From the IMG/VR virus record IMGVR_UViG_3300021387_000895, positions 27,302 through 91,301 of that record: DNA of 64,000 bases; one strand, 5' to 3'. The position numbers and the translations under genes were made by a program. The notes under the pieces were generated by a model, which saw nothing but the letters and a program-made list of their open reading frames with translations, was not told where the DNA came from and did no database searches. Numbering within the stretch: position 1 is the first letter of the stretch; each line of letters begins with the position of its first letter. This DNA is from a virus (lineage: Duplodnaviria; Heunggongvirae; Uroviricota; Caudoviricetes). Shown piece after piece: positions 9,484 through 19,224 of the stretch.

Positions 9484-9570
9484 GCCGGTATGGTGGAATG
9501 GCAGACACCTCAGACTTAAAATCTGATGTCCTTATTGGGCGTGCGGGTTCAAGTCCCGCTACCGGTACCA
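9484..9570 (+). tRNA. tRNA-Leu (anticodon TAA/UAA), class II with long variable arm, encoded CCA
   Basis: Acceptor GCCGGTA/TACCGGT + A + CCA; anticodon stem TCAGA/TCTGA loop CTTAAAA; T arm GCGGG-TTCAAGT-CCCGC. Confidence 0.75.
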
Positions 9571-9687
9571 GCTGTGTACACGGCTACAGACAAAACCTTA
9601 TGGGGCCGTTTGGTTTTTGCGAAGGTTTTTAGGGGCGGCCCTTTCGCATTTGAAACACACTCCTTAATAGAAAGGAGATGTATTTGA

Positions 9688-9948
9688 ATGTTTATTTCGA
9701 CTAAGGACTTTTATGAGGTTGGATGGTTCATATTTAAGCTGTTTGCTTTATATCGAATCATAAGTGCCGCATGCGCGATTGCGTTTTCTCTGATCAAGTT
9801 TAAACTTGATGAAAAGAAAGATCGCAAGACTGTATCGGCACCTGAGGTTCGTAAGGAAATACTCAATAAGATTGAGCCGCTTCACCTCGCATACAAACGT
9901 AGTGAGATTGGGTTCAAGACTGACACTATAAGGGATAAAGAGCCTTAA
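9688..9948 (+). CDS. hypothetical small membrane protein
   Basis: Early motif upstream; hydrophobic N-terminus. Confidence 0.4.
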   Translation: MFISTKDFYEVGWFIFKLFALYRIISAACAIAFSLIKFKLDEKKDRKTVSAPEVRKEILNKIEPLHLAYKRSEIGFKTDTIRDKEP

Positions 9949-10010
9949 TTACAAGGCTCTAATTATTTTCGCGTTTCAAACATACTCCTTAGTAGAAAGG
10001 AGGTGTTAGT

Positions 10011-10220
10011 ATGAAAAAGTGCATATTAATCGGTATAGGCATTGTGTCAGCAATAATAGGCTATTGCATCGCTGATGATCTTCCGTTCATAAAAAGATTG
10101 AATGAAGAAAACGAACGTCGTGAAAAAGATATTGATGAACAATTAAATCGAGTTATGGACGGCATTCATGACGATATGGTAAAACGCGCTCATGACGCTT
10201 TGAACCGGAATAATAAGTAG
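10011..10220 (+). CDS. hypothetical small membrane protein
   Basis: Early motif + GGAGG RBS. Confidence 0.4.
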   Translation: MKKCILIGIGIVSAIIGYCIADDLPFIKRLNEENERREKDIDEQLNRVMDGIHDDMVKRAHDALNRNNK

Positions 10221-10314
10221 TTTTGGATTGACAAAGACGATGATATTTATCAGTGGTTACATGCCACTGATTTTTTCGCGTTTCAAACATACTCCTTAGT
10301 AGAAAGGAGATGGT

Positions 10315-10650
10315 ATGATGTATACCGATTTTCAGAAGCACATAGTTAAGGCTTTGACCACGCTCTTTTATCAGGACACAGAAGGTATTGATTATTGGGA
10401 TGTAGACGGTAATAGTAGATGGATCGATATAACAGACAAAGAGGATGGCACTTTATATGAGCTTTCTCATAAGGTTATAGATAACCATGATTATATTGTC
10501 GTTAGAGCGATCGATTATGACGAATTTGGCGAAGCTGTAAGCGTGAAAGATATTTGCTATCTATTGGTATATAGAGAAAGAGCATGCTGGGATTTGATTA
10601 ACTACGCTGTGATGATCGAATGCATTATTACGAATCAAATTAGTTTGTGA
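10315..10650 (+). CDS. hypothetical protein
   Basis: Early motif upstream. Confidence 0.4.
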   Translation: MMYTDFQKHIVKALTTLFYQDTEGIDYWDVDGNSRWIDITDKEDGTLYELSHKVIDNHDYIVVRAIDYDEFGEAVSVKDICYLLVYRERACWDLINYAVMIECIITNQISL

Positions 10651-10732
10651 CTATATGAAATAAGCGGCAATTACAAGTCGCTTATTTTTTCGCGGTTGAA
10701 ACAGTCTATTTATTGAAAGGGGGATGCTTACT

Positions 10733-10996
10733 ATGATGAAGCAACCGTATTCAATAGAGGAGCTGAGATGGTTTCTCAAGATGCTTAATATTTCTATGGC
10801 TACACTTGGGCAATGGTGCGGATTAACCAGACAAGCCGTAAGTAATTTATTCAATGGACGTGCAAACGATAATTGTGTGTTTAAACACAGACTGCTGTTT
10901 ACCTACATAATCAATGATTATATTACTAATGATTTGAATGGGGATGTCGCATCGCTTTATGCTATAGTGAAAGCTAGGATGGATCAAAAATATTAA
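10733..10996 (+). CDS. hypothetical protein (possible HTH)
   Basis: Early motif variant upstream. Confidence 0.35.
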   Translation: MMKQPYSIEELRWFLKMLNISMATLGQWCGLTRQAVSNLFNGRANDNCVFKHRLLFTYIINDYITNDLNGDVASLYAIVKARMDQKY

Positions 10997-11066
10997 TGGA
11001 GAGTTTTCTACTCTCCTCTATTTTTCGCATTTGAAACAAGCATTTTCATGAAGGAGGTAAGTAAAA

Positions 11067-11411
11067 ATGTTTTGTGAAAACGTGTTAGATGAGATTTATG
11101 GTCCCGTCAATCTTAGTGAGTTCAACAAATTAGTTGAGCTTGTTAAAGCTGAAGGAATACCCTATGAAACTCGTTCACGACTTGGCGGAATGCAGATGAT
11201 GATTCCAACCATCGATGCTTACGTTAATGAGACCGATGAAAGAAGAATTTCCATCGTCTTGTTTAACGGATGCTATGGTGGTGAGAATGGTCTCATGAAG
11301 ATCTTTGCGCCAGGTCTTAATAAAGGGGTTGAGGGATTCTTGAATGCTGAGCAAGCTCTTGATTACATCAAGGACACTAGGGCTGGGATCTCAAGAGGAT
11401 CTATCGGATAA
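11067..11411 (+). CDS. hypothetical protein
   Basis: Early motif + AAGGAGG RBS. Confidence 0.4.
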   Translation: MFCENVLDEIYGPVNLSEFNKLVELVKAEGIPYETRSRLGGMQMMIPTIDAYVNETDERRISIVLFNGCYGGENGLMKIFAPGLNKGVEGFLNAEQALDYIKDTRAGISRGSIG

Positions 11412-11531
11412 AGATATAACGACCGATTTCAAAATGGCAGTTGAAACATACTGCTATTTTTTTTGTTTTTAATCATTGCGCTGATAGTGGTATTATGCTA
11501 TAATAAACAAAACTATAAAGGAGGTTCTTTT

Positions 11532-11780
11532 ATGGAACAAGAAGCAACTAAGAGGGTTCGCAGGAGCAAGGAAGAGATCGTATCTGACAAGATCAGTAAG
11601 CTAGAGGCGAAGATCGCTGAATATGAGAGTAAGATCGCTTCGGCAAAGAAAGAGATCGAGGAATTAAAGAACCCTGTTTCAACAGTTAAGATGAAAGATA
11701 TTAAGGATAAGATTACTGAATACGATCTTTCTCTTGATGACGTCATGAAGGCAATTGAGAAAATGGGTAATAAGAAGTGA
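11532..11780 (+). CDS. hypothetical coiled-coil protein
   Basis: AAGGAGG RBS; terminator downstream. Confidence 0.4.
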   Translation: MEQEATKRVRRSKEEIVSDKISKLEAKIAEYESKIASAKKEIEELKNPVSTVKMKDIKDKITEYDLSLDDVMKAIEKMGNKK

Positions 11781-11859
11781 TACTGAGCCTGTCCTAGTGA
11801 CAGGTTCTTTTTTTTTCGCGTCATAAACATTCTATTTAATAGAGAATAGAAAGGAGATT

Positions 11860-12135
11860 ATGACTATGAAACTGTTTGGAACTAAGAAAGTTAAGGTTTA
11901 TACGACCGACTTTGAATCTCTGTCGATATTCGATCATCTTTGTGTTGAAAGTGACATGTATGAAGATTATGTTACTTCCGCTTGGGACGAAGAAGAAGGA
12001 TATTACAAGATTTACCAGGTTAAGTGGAACATGCTTACTAAGTTTACCAAGGCTGTTGAGAAGTATAACAATCTGGCTAGGCTCGATCATGTGAAGGAAA
12101 GAATAAATAGGATTGAGATGAAAATACTGGGCTAA
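11860..12135 (+). CDS. hypothetical protein
   Basis: Early motif variant. Confidence 0.4.
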   Translation: MTMKLFGTKKVKVYTTDFESLSIFDHLCVESDMYEDYVTSAWDEEEGYYKIYQVKWNMLTKFTKAVEKYNNLARLDHVKERINRIEMKILG

Positions 12136-12201
12136 TCACAGCTCAGTATTTTTTTTTTCGCGTTATAAACATTCCTTATGATGAAAAGGAGGTTTATAAC
12201 T

Positions 12202-12399
12202 ATGAAGGAAGCTATTTTTGACTATGCGGTAATTGTTATACTCGTTGCGATGATGCTGGCTATGTTCGGATCGTGCGTGATGCTATTAATTAACTGGAAC
12301 ATCGAATGGTTCACAATAACAGCTGTTACAACTGCAATCGGTACCGTATTCTGTGTGCTTACTTCTGATAAGCAGCCAGACGAAGACGAAGAGCCTTGA
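12202..12399 (+). CDS. hypothetical small membrane protein
   Basis: AAAGGAGG RBS; two hydrophobic helices. Confidence 0.4.
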   Translation: MKEAIFDYAVIVILVAMMLAMFGSCVMLLINWNIEWFTITAVTTAIGTVFCVLTSDKQPDEDEEP

Positions 12400-12497
12400 T
12401 TAGTACAAGGCTCTAATTTTTCGCATTTGAAACAGACGGCTTAGTAGAAGTGAGAAGCATAATCTCATTTCTATATATTTTTAGGAGGTAGTTAATC

Positions 12498-12731
12498 ATG
12501 TCTAAGATCGGAGATGCTATTATTACTGGCGAAGAATTGTTCCAGAAGGCAAGAGAAAAGTATGAGATGTTTGATAACTTTGTAAGAAATGGTGTCAATA
12601 CTACGGAGAACGCATGCAAGAGGGCGTTCTGGCTTGGAGAACTTGTAGCTTATGCAAAGTATAATGAGAAGATATTCGGTGATGAAGAGCTTAGACGAAT
12701 TGTTGAACAAGAAATGAATATAGAACTATAA
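12498..12731 (+). CDS. hypothetical protein
   Basis: AGGAGG RBS. Confidence 0.4.
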   Translation: MSKIGDAIITGEELFQKAREKYEMFDNFVRNGVNTTENACKRAFWLGELVAYAKYNEKIFGDEELRRIVEQEMNIEL

Positions 12732-12858
12732 GTCTTATTAAGCTCGTGGTTAAAACTACGGGCTTATTTTTTTTTTCAAAATGGCATTAATTCTCGCATT
12801 CAAAACACGCTAGTTAATGAAGCTCATTGAGCTGTCAAATAATTGAAAGGAGTATATT

Positions 12859-13161
12859 ATGAGCAAAACATTTGCTTTGGGCAGAGTGGTTGCCACAAGG
12901 CGTGTTTGGGAATTAATTGAGTCTGATGAATACTTTTCTAGGTTTGTTTCGCTCTGTATGAGTCGTTATGTTACTAACGATTGGGGCGAGCTGCACCCAG
13001 ATGATTGGAAACTGAACGATGAGTCAGTAGATGGAGAAGGTAGGATATTAGCTTCTTATCCTCTTCCTGAAACAATAGAAGTAGAGTTTGAAGATAAATT
13101 ATGGATCATAACGGAATGGGATCGTTCGGTTACGACAATTCTATTCCCTGGAGATTATTAA
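12859..13161 (+). CDS. hypothetical protein
   Basis: AAGGAG RBS. Confidence 0.4.
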   Translation: MSKTFALGRVVATRRVWELIESDEYFSRFVSLCMSRYVTNDWGELHPDDWKLNDESVDGEGRILASYPLPETIEVEFEDKLWIITEWDRSVTTILFPGDY

Positions 13162-13267
13162 GCTGACTGACTAGTTTGTTGGCAGCTCAGTGGGTTTCGC
13201 CTTTGAAACAAATTATTATTTTTTTTTCGCATCATGAACATGCTATTATATGAAAGGAGTGTTTTAA

Positions 13268-13564
13268 ATGAAATGGATTAAGGATTTTTACGAACCGATT
13301 ACCAGAACATATTTCAAAGCTCCAATTTCGATTGTGAATTCACGTATCAATGAATTCAATAAACTGCTGAAGAATAAGTCTATAAGTATGAATGACGCGC
13401 TGGAGTTATGTGGACTTCCAAGGCTTGATGATAGCAGAGCAGACAAGAAACTGAACGTGAGCAGAGTGGAAGTTGGGCTACCTAAGATTGGTAAAGAAAG
13501 GGGGTACTATTATTATCCGATCGTTTATTACGACCGTGAGAACCAAGAGGTTAAGTTGGGTTGA
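13268..13564 (+). CDS. hypothetical protein
   Basis: Early motif variant (CGCATCATGAACA). Confidence 0.4.
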   Translation: MKWIKDFYEPITRTYFKAPISIVNSRINEFNKLLKNKSISMNDALELCGLPRLDDSRADKKLNVSRVEVGLPKIGKERGYYYYPIVYYDRENQEVKLG

Positions 13565-13628
13565 GCAATCAACCCTTCTTTTTTTTTTCGCATCATGAAC
13601 ATACTATTATATGAAAGGAGGTGCTGAC

Positions 13629-13985
13629 ATGGCACTGTTTGGAATAGCAATGAAGAAACGAGAAGAATCATTATCGGAGTACATCACTCGGATAACCAGA
13701 GACATTGTCTTAGCAGAGATTTCGGACGAGGAGTCGAAGAATAAGCATCCTGACGTTTATTGGGAAAAGGATGGACGCCACATTAAGTGGATGAAGCTCA
13801 TTAACGCAAAACGTCATATATTCTATAATACCCTAATCGAGAACGGTATCTGCGAAGAAGCTGCAAATGCTTTGGCGTATAGAGTGCATGGCTACGACGT
13901 GACGAAGAAGACTTATGGCATCTATTGCGAGAACAGTTGGTCGCATCAGAAAAAGAAAGAAGAACAACAAAAGGGCTCTGAGTAA
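13629..13985 (+). CDS. hypothetical protein
   Basis: Early motif variant nearly identical to the one before 13268. Confidence 0.4.
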   Translation: MALFGIAMKKREESLSEYITRITRDIVLAEISDEESKNKHPDVYWEKDGRHIKWMKLINAKRHIFYNTLIENGICEEAANALAYRVHGYDVTKKTYGIYCENSWSHQKKKEEQQKGSE

Positions 13986-14053
13986 TCAGGGCTCTATTTT
14001 TTTTCGCATTTGAAACAAATGATTTAATAGAAATAATTTGGAGGTATTTGATC

Positions 14054-14278
14054 ATGAAGAAGTATATTCTACTGGGTGCTTTTACTTTTGTGGCGTTGAT
14101 TGGACTTATGCTGATTAACGATTACGTGCTGTTTCCTGGAATCACAACAGAAAGTCTTTTGGAAAGTAAGACCTTCTTCTCTGTGATAAAGGTTGCATTT
14201 ATCGAGGCGGTTATTGGTACAACGGTAACGTGGGTAATAGGATGGTTATTCTTTTCGGAGAAGGATGCTGACAATTAG
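14054..14278 (+). CDS. hypothetical small membrane protein
   Basis: Two TM helices. Confidence 0.4.
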   Translation: MKKYILLGAFTFVALIGLMLINDYVLFPGITTESLLESKTFFSVIKVAFIEAVIGTTVTWVIGWLFFSEKDADN

Positions 14279-14396
14279 GTCGAGGTTATAAGCTCTTGAT
14301 TGCAACAAGGGCTTATATTTTTTCAGTATGAAATTCGCGTCCTAAACATTCCTCTTAATAGGAAACTATACTATTTACATTAGGAGGTATGGAACT

Positions 14397-14840
14397 ATGG
14401 CGAATAGGATTTCTGACGAAATTAAGGATAAGGTCGAAGAATTGTCTAAGACTGGAATGAGCAAGAGGAGAATTGCTGATGAGTGCAAGATCTCTGTAGG
14501 AAGTGTCACTCGCATTCAAAATGAGAGAGATATCGATGTCCCTTCAAGAGAAAAAGGAGGCAGGGTTTCGAGAAAAGTTGATCTTTCTGAGATTAATCTT
14601 GAAAAGGAAGAGGACGAGGAACCCAAGTTTACCATCTTGAAGCAGAAGACCATCGAACTTGTTGGTGTGAGAACGAACTACACCTACGAGGTAGCTTTGC
14701 ATGGCAAGGATCTCAGAATCAAGACCGGTTATTCTGAAGATATTGTCATCGACCTTAAGGATGCTGCTGGTTTTGCAGAAGAAATCGCAGAGGTTGTAAG
14801 GACTGTGCTGAAGATGAGACAGAATGTATGGGAACCGTGA
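14397..14840 (+). CDS. HTH DNA-binding protein (putative regulator)
   Basis: N-terminal SKTGMSKRRIADECKISVGSVTRIQNE helix-turn-helix. Confidence 0.45.
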   Translation: MANRISDEIKDKVEELSKTGMSKRRIADECKISVGSVTRIQNERDIDVPSREKGGRVSRKVDLSEINLEKEEDEEPKFTILKQKTIELVGVRTNYTYEVALHGKDLRIKTGYSEDIVIDLKDAAGFAEEIAEVVRTVLKMRQNVWEP

Positions 14841-14933
14841 TATTAGGTATACCGCTGTGGAGACATGGCGGTATTTTTTTTCTCGCGGGATAAACATTCT
14901 TTTTAATAGAGATTATACATGGAGGTGTTACTA

Positions 14934-15146
14934 ATGAAACTTGATACTTTAGAAAAGGACATACTCATGATGTTGATCGGCAACGCGACTTTTTTAGCCG
15001 TTAAAAAGCTCTGCCCGATTAAGCCCATTGTTATTGGTGCTGCTATTATTAACGGAGCCATTGCGGTTAAGGGTGTTGTTGACGTTGTGACTGACATTCG
15101 CGACTATTCGAAAGAAAGAAAGATGGTGATTGAAGAACGTGCATGA
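14934..15146 (+). CDS. hypothetical small membrane protein
   Basis: GGAGGTG RBS. Confidence 0.4.
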   Translation: MKLDTLEKDILMMLIGNATFLAVKKLCPIKPIVIGAAIINGAIAVKGVVDVVTDIRDYSKERKMVIEERA

Positions 15147-15250
15147 ACTCTGTACGATATAAGTAGGCTTAACAGTCTACTTATATTTTTCTCGCGGCAA
15201 CAACAAGTATTAAGATGAGGAAGACCGAAATAATAAGGAGGTATTGACTT

Positions 15251-15526
15251 ATGGATCTGAGGTATTTCAACATTATTCTTAGCAAGAATGGCTACGTGAA
15301 CAATGAGGAGATGCAAATCGGACTCCGATATACACTTCTGGCAAGCGGTATTGTGCCAATGGACGTTCATGAAGCGGACTTGGTAGAAGCTGCTACCGGA
15401 AAGCCCGTCGGATTTGAGGTGCTGATTCTAAACTGTGTCGAATCTATTCCCGGCGCTAAGGAACTGTTCAAGAAGGATCACAATATGACAGAAATTACGT
15501 ATGAGGGACTTCCCACAATTATGTAA
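15251..15526 (+). CDS. hypothetical protein
   Basis: AGGAGG RBS. Confidence 0.4.
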   Translation: MDLRYFNIILSKNGYVNNEEMQIGLRYTLLASGIVPMDVHEADLVEAATGKPVGFEVLILNCVESIPGAKELFKKDHNMTEITYEGLPTIM

Positions 15527-15622
15527 CGAATATGGCTCGTGGTATTAACTACGGGCCTTATTTCTTTTTCGCGATCAAAACTTGCTTCTTAATGAATATT
15601 AAAAAAGGAGGTGCAACACTAT

Positions 15623-16096
15623 ATGAGTGTCGCAAGTAAACTGATTAAGTTCGGCAAAGTCGAAACGCCAACACTGGACGAATTCCAATGTAAGCTCCAA
15701 GTTGATATGATGGAGCTCAAGGACAAGATCAAGAAAAAGACAAAAGAGATAATCGCGCAACGCAATAAGTTGAGTGACCAGAAGAAGCTGTTTGACGATG
15801 ACTTGATCAAAGCAGAGGAAGAGAAACTGAATGTTCTTAAGGAAGAGCGAGATGAATTACAGGCTGAATACAAAGATGATATTGAAGCCTATAAAACAAT
15901 TGAGCAAATCCTTAAGATACGTGAAGAGAAACGGACTGCAAAGGCAAGTCGTCTTTACGCAGGTCTGAGTGTACTCATTTGCGCTGGTGGTATTGGCCTG
16001 GCTTATGGGTCTGATACATGGGCTACTTTAGTGAACAGGCATACAATGGATGCTGTTAAATTGGCTATGACTCGACTAATGCCAAAGATAATCTAG
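15623..16096 (+). CDS. hypothetical coiled-coil / C-terminal membrane protein
   Basis: AAGGAGGTG RBS. Confidence 0.4.
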   Translation: MSVASKLIKFGKVETPTLDEFQCKLQVDMMELKDKIKKKTKEIIAQRNKLSDQKKLFDDDLIKAEEEKLNVLKEERDELQAEYKDDIEAYKTIEQILKIREEKRTAKASRLYAGLSVLICAGGIGLAYGSDTWATLVNRHTMDAVKLAMTRLMPKII

Positions 16097-16181
16097 GATA
16101 CAAGCGGGGCATGTCTAGTACATGCCCTTCTTTTTTTTTTCGCATTTCAAACATACCTCCTATTGAAAGGAGGTGAAAAGG

Positions 16182-16298
16182 ATGTTGTTCAAGATCATGA
16201 TAGCCTTAGCAGCCTATTACCTGGGGAAAGCTAATCTCGATATTAACGAGTTCCTCTCGGTATTAGCGGCATTAATGAGGCTTGACAATGATGAATGA
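16182..16298 (+). CDS. hypothetical 38-aa peptide
   Basis: Perfect early motif + AAAGGAGGTG RBS at correct spacing; below the ORF-track length cutoff. Confidence 0.3.
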   Translation: MLFKIMIALAAYYLGKANLDINEFLSVLAALMRLDNDE

Positions 16299-16426
16299 CA
16301 CCTATAAGCGACCTTTCGGAGGTATCCGGGGTCCGCCTTGGATACCTTTCTTATATTTTTTTCAAAATGGCATTAACGCGGCATAAACAAATGATATAGT
16401 AGAGAAATACAAAGGAGGAATTAGTT

Positions 16427-16687
16427 ATGTTGAATCTGATTTTGGGTTACCTTGGTATAGGACTGGTGGTCTATGTGATTGCCTGCACTTTGATCGTGAT
16501 TTTCTCGATGGAGCTGTATGGAATCGATCGCAAAGAGCTTTTGAAAAATGAAGCTCAGCGATTCAATTTCATATCCATCCTTGGGATATTGCTATTCTGT
16601 GCGGCTTACCCTTATTACATCGTCGTGTATGCTATTTTTGTATACCACAGGGTCAAGGACATCATGGCGAATGATAAGTTTGAATGA
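16427..16687 (+). CDS. hypothetical small membrane protein
   Basis: AAAGGAGG RBS; TM helices. Confidence 0.4.
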   Translation: MLNLILGYLGIGLVVYVIACTLIVIFSMELYGIDRKELLKNEAQRFNFISILGILLFCAAYPYYIVVYAIFVYHRVKDIMANDKFE

Positions 16688-16690
16688 CTC

Positions 16691-16730
16691 GACCAATAGG
16701 CTCGTAGTAAAAACTACGGGCTTATTTTTT
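16691..16730 (+). terminator. rho-independent terminator, member of repeated hairpin family
   Basis: GGCTCGTAGTAAAAACTACGGGCTTATTTTTT; near-identical copies at ~12733, ~15531, ~17160. Confidence 0.6.
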
Positions 16731-16774
16731 CTCGCGGGATAAACAAGTGTATTAATAGAAAGGAGTGGATTAGA

Positions 16775-16900
16775 ATGAAGGTACTTAATACTTTAGCTGC
16801 TATCGGTGTTATGACTCTGGTGTTCATTGGAGTAAAGACAGCAATGGCGGTGAACGAGATCGTCAACGGTCCGTTCCCTAAGGAGAAAAAGGGGTCTTAA
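16775..16900 (+). CDS. hypothetical 41-aa membrane peptide
   Basis: Early motif + AAAGGAG RBS; hydrophobic. Confidence 0.3.
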   Translation: MKVLNTLAAIGVMTLVFIGVKTAMAVNEIVNGPFPKEKKGS

Positions 16901-16965
16901 CAGGCCCCTAATTTTTTCGCGGCAAAAACAAGCGTCTTAATAGAAAGGAACAAGGAGGTATTCGT

Positions 16966-17151
16966 ATGAAAACTATAATTCGTATCGGAACTGCGTTGGT
17001 GATAGTAGCGGGGCTTGGCCTTCTGATCGACGGAATTGCCAATAATGTGGCAAATAAAGTCGTAGAGAAGCTGGCCACGCAGGATGCCAAACGTCCGAAA
17101 AGGATCGAACTCGATGACGACGAACCACTGGAACCAGACGAAATTGATTAA
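16966..17151 (+). CDS. hypothetical small membrane protein
   Basis: Early motif upstream. Confidence 0.4.
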   Translation: MKTIIRIGTALVIVAGLGLLIDGIANNVANKVVEKLATQDAKRPKRIELDDDEPLEPDEID

Positions 17152-17240
17152 CCGATCAATGGGCTCGTAGTGAAAACTACGGGCTTATTTTTTTTTCTCG
17201 CGTCGCAAACAAGCAGCTTAATAGAAAGGAGGGAAGTCAA

Positions 17241-17372
17241 ATGTTTTTAAGGTTTATCGCTACAATGACTGTTTACGGAATTCTTAAGACAAAAGATAAG
17301 ATGGAAACTCTTTGCGAGAAAATGGAAAAAGCAGTTAAGGATGAACTAAGCAAGAAAAAGGAAAAGACTTAA
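17241..17372 (+). CDS. hypothetical 43-aa peptide
   Basis: Early motif + AAAGGAGGG RBS. Confidence 0.3.
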   Translation: MFLRFIATMTVYGILKTKDKMETLCEKMEKAVKDELSKKKEKT

Positions 17373-17446
17373 CTATACGAGTGAGATGTCTTGGCAAAAC
17401 CACGGCATCTCGTTTTATCCATATTTCTTTTGCGGAGGACTCTAGA

Positions 17447-17725
17447 ATGTGTGTTTTAAGCATTACAGTAATAGGAAATGACTTATTCAAAATAGTAGCT
17501 GAAAAATTGGAGTTAGTAAAACTTAATCCGGTTAATCAAGTTAATTCCGGAATGTTTGGTAACTTAAAGATGTTAACCTATAGATTTGAACTTCAGGAAT
17601 CAGAAGTAATAGAAAAACGAAAAGAGCTTCTTAATGAACTGGCAAAAGATAATTTAAGATTACAGCCAATGTATGTCCATGGTGATTGGATGAGGATATT
17701 TGTCATGCGTCCAATAAAGACTTGA
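17447..17725 (+). CDS. hypothetical protein
   Basis: GGAGG RBS before internal ATG. Confidence 0.35.
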   Translation: MCVLSITVIGNDLFKIVAEKLELVKLNPVNQVNSGMFGNLKMLTYRFELQESEVIEKRKELLNELAKDNLRLQPMYVHGDWMRIFVMRPIKT

Positions 17726-17769
17726 TTTCGCGATCTAAACACGCTCCTTAGTAGAAAGGAGGATAGAAC

Positions 17770-18027
17770 ATGGACAAGAAAAAGACTGTTGTAGTCGATG
17801 GCCAGGAATACGTTTCTGTAGATCTTATGATCGAAGAAATGGTACGTGAGTGCGTTATCTGGACTAACGTCAATGACATTGAAGTTGGCGAAATTGAAAG
17901 TGATCGCATTGCCGCGTATCAGATTCTTCTTGAAGATATGCAGAAAGTCAGCTTTCCTGGACTTCAGAAGAAGTTTAAAGACATGTACATCAAGGAGAGA
18001 TTTATCGAAAGAACATTGGGGGTTTAA
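17770..18027 (+). CDS. hypothetical protein
   Basis: Early motif upstream. Confidence 0.4.
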   Translation: MDKKKTVVVDGQEYVSVDLMIEEMVRECVIWTNVNDIEVGEIESDRIAAYQILLEDMQKVSFPGLQKKFKDMYIKERFIERTLGV

Positions 18028-18079
18028 TCCCCCAATTTTGTTTTTTTTTTCTTATTTGATAGAATGGAGGTTAACGCTA

Positions 18080-18313
18080 GTGGCTACTACAATAACAGTC
18101 AATGATAATGGAACTATTGTTGGGTATCTTCCGGCTAGTGAGATCGCAAAAGAATGGGGAGTTGAGAACTCGACGATTAGAGTATGGATAAAACGAGGTA
18201 AATTAAAATCTCTTAAAATAGGGAACGAGCACTACATAAAGCAAAACACTGAGAAACCGGAACCTAAAAAGAGAGGTAAGAAGCCTCAAAATTATTACAG
18301 AAAACCGATTTAG
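18080..18313 (+). CDS. excisionase-like HTH DNA-binding protein (GTG start)
   Basis: IAKEWGVENSTIRVWIKRGKLKSLKIG is a typical Xis/HTH_17 helix-turn-helix. Confidence 0.45.
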   Translation: MATTITVNDNGTIVGYLPASEIAKEWGVENSTIRVWIKRGKLKSLKIGNEHYIKQNTEKPEPKKRGKKPQNYYRKPI

Positions 18314-18321
18314 GAGGAACT

Positions 18322-18513
18322 ATGAATAAGTATAAAGTGATATTTGAGATTCACGTTGACCGAAACCGTAAGGAATTCAAGGAAATAATCGTTGAAGCAG
18401 GAACTAAAAAGCTTGCGATGGTACGCGCTCTTTCAGAAATTAATAAAATTAAAGAATACGAAGGAATATTTAAAAATATTAAAGAAATTGAGGAGGTTTA
18501 TGATGGGCGATAA
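18322..18513 (+). CDS. hypothetical small protein
   Basis: GGAGG RBS. Confidence 0.4.
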   Translation: MNKYKVIFEIHVDRNRKEFKEIIVEAGTKKLAMVRALSEINKIKEYEGIFKNIKEIEEVYDGR

Positions 18514-18850
18514 AAACGATCTTTGCTTTGGTCAGTTGTTTTTAAAGGATGAAAAAGGTGATTATCAAAGAATTGCAGAAGGTGAGATTAAGACCGTCTC
18601 ATTAATTGATGATAATTCTATACACCCGAGTTTATTCGAACATACATTACATCCTTTTGATTGGCGAGGGGAAGTTACCGCTACGTTTACTCCTAAAACA
18701 AGCAAAAGAATGAATAAAAGGATAAAAGATCTTCTTAAATTTGGATGGATTAATGGCATTAGAACTGGAGCGCCTTTAAGGAAGAGGCTGTTACTCAAAA
18801 CGAATAGAGAAGTAAATAAGAAAAGGAGAGATATTCGTTATGGCAATTAA
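18500..18850 (+). CDS. hypothetical protein
   Basis: GAGGAGG RBS; overlaps previous stop. Confidence 0.4.
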   Translation: MMGDKNDLCFGQLFLKDEKGDYQRIAEGEIKTVSLIDDNSIHPSLFEHTLHPFDWRGEVTATFTPKTSKRMNKRIKDLLKFGWINGIRTGAPLRKRLLLKTNREVNKKRRDIRYGN

Positions 18851-19001
18851 GGAAGTTCGATTTGACGAGTATTGCAAGATTTGCAAATACTTCGAAAAGA
18901 GTGAAGCAGAAGATCCTTGCTATGACTGCCTTAATCAAGGATGGAATACTGATAGTCATAAGCCTATCATGTTTGAAGAAAAGGATGGTTCTAATGAGTA
19001 A
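18840..19001 (+). CDS. hypothetical 53-aa Cys-rich (CxxC..CxxC) peptide
   Basis: Overlapping start; zinc-ribbon-like cysteines. Confidence 0.3.
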   Translation: MAIKEVRFDEYCKICKYFEKSEAEDPCYDCLNQGWNTDSHKPIMFEEKDGSNE

Positions 19002-19224
19002 ACCTATTGCAGGATCTTCAAAATGTAAAGAGTTACTAGATAAATTCGAAGCTCTATTTCCATCCTATAAGGGGAAGATCGTTTATTATCAACCTTATGA
19101 TCGAGTTAGTTTAAGGCTGACAATTAATCACTTGACTTATATTTTCACATATGTGAACGAGAAAGTATGGGGATTTCAAACAGAAAAACACTTTATTGAC
19201 TCCTCACGATCGATTCGAAGATGA
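18994..19224 (+). CDS. hypothetical protein
   Basis: ATGAGTAA overlap with previous gene. Confidence 0.35.
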   Translation: MSKPIAGSSKCKELLDKFEALFPSYKGKIVYYQPYDRVSLRLTINHLTYIFTYVNEKVWGFQTEKHFIDSSRSIRR

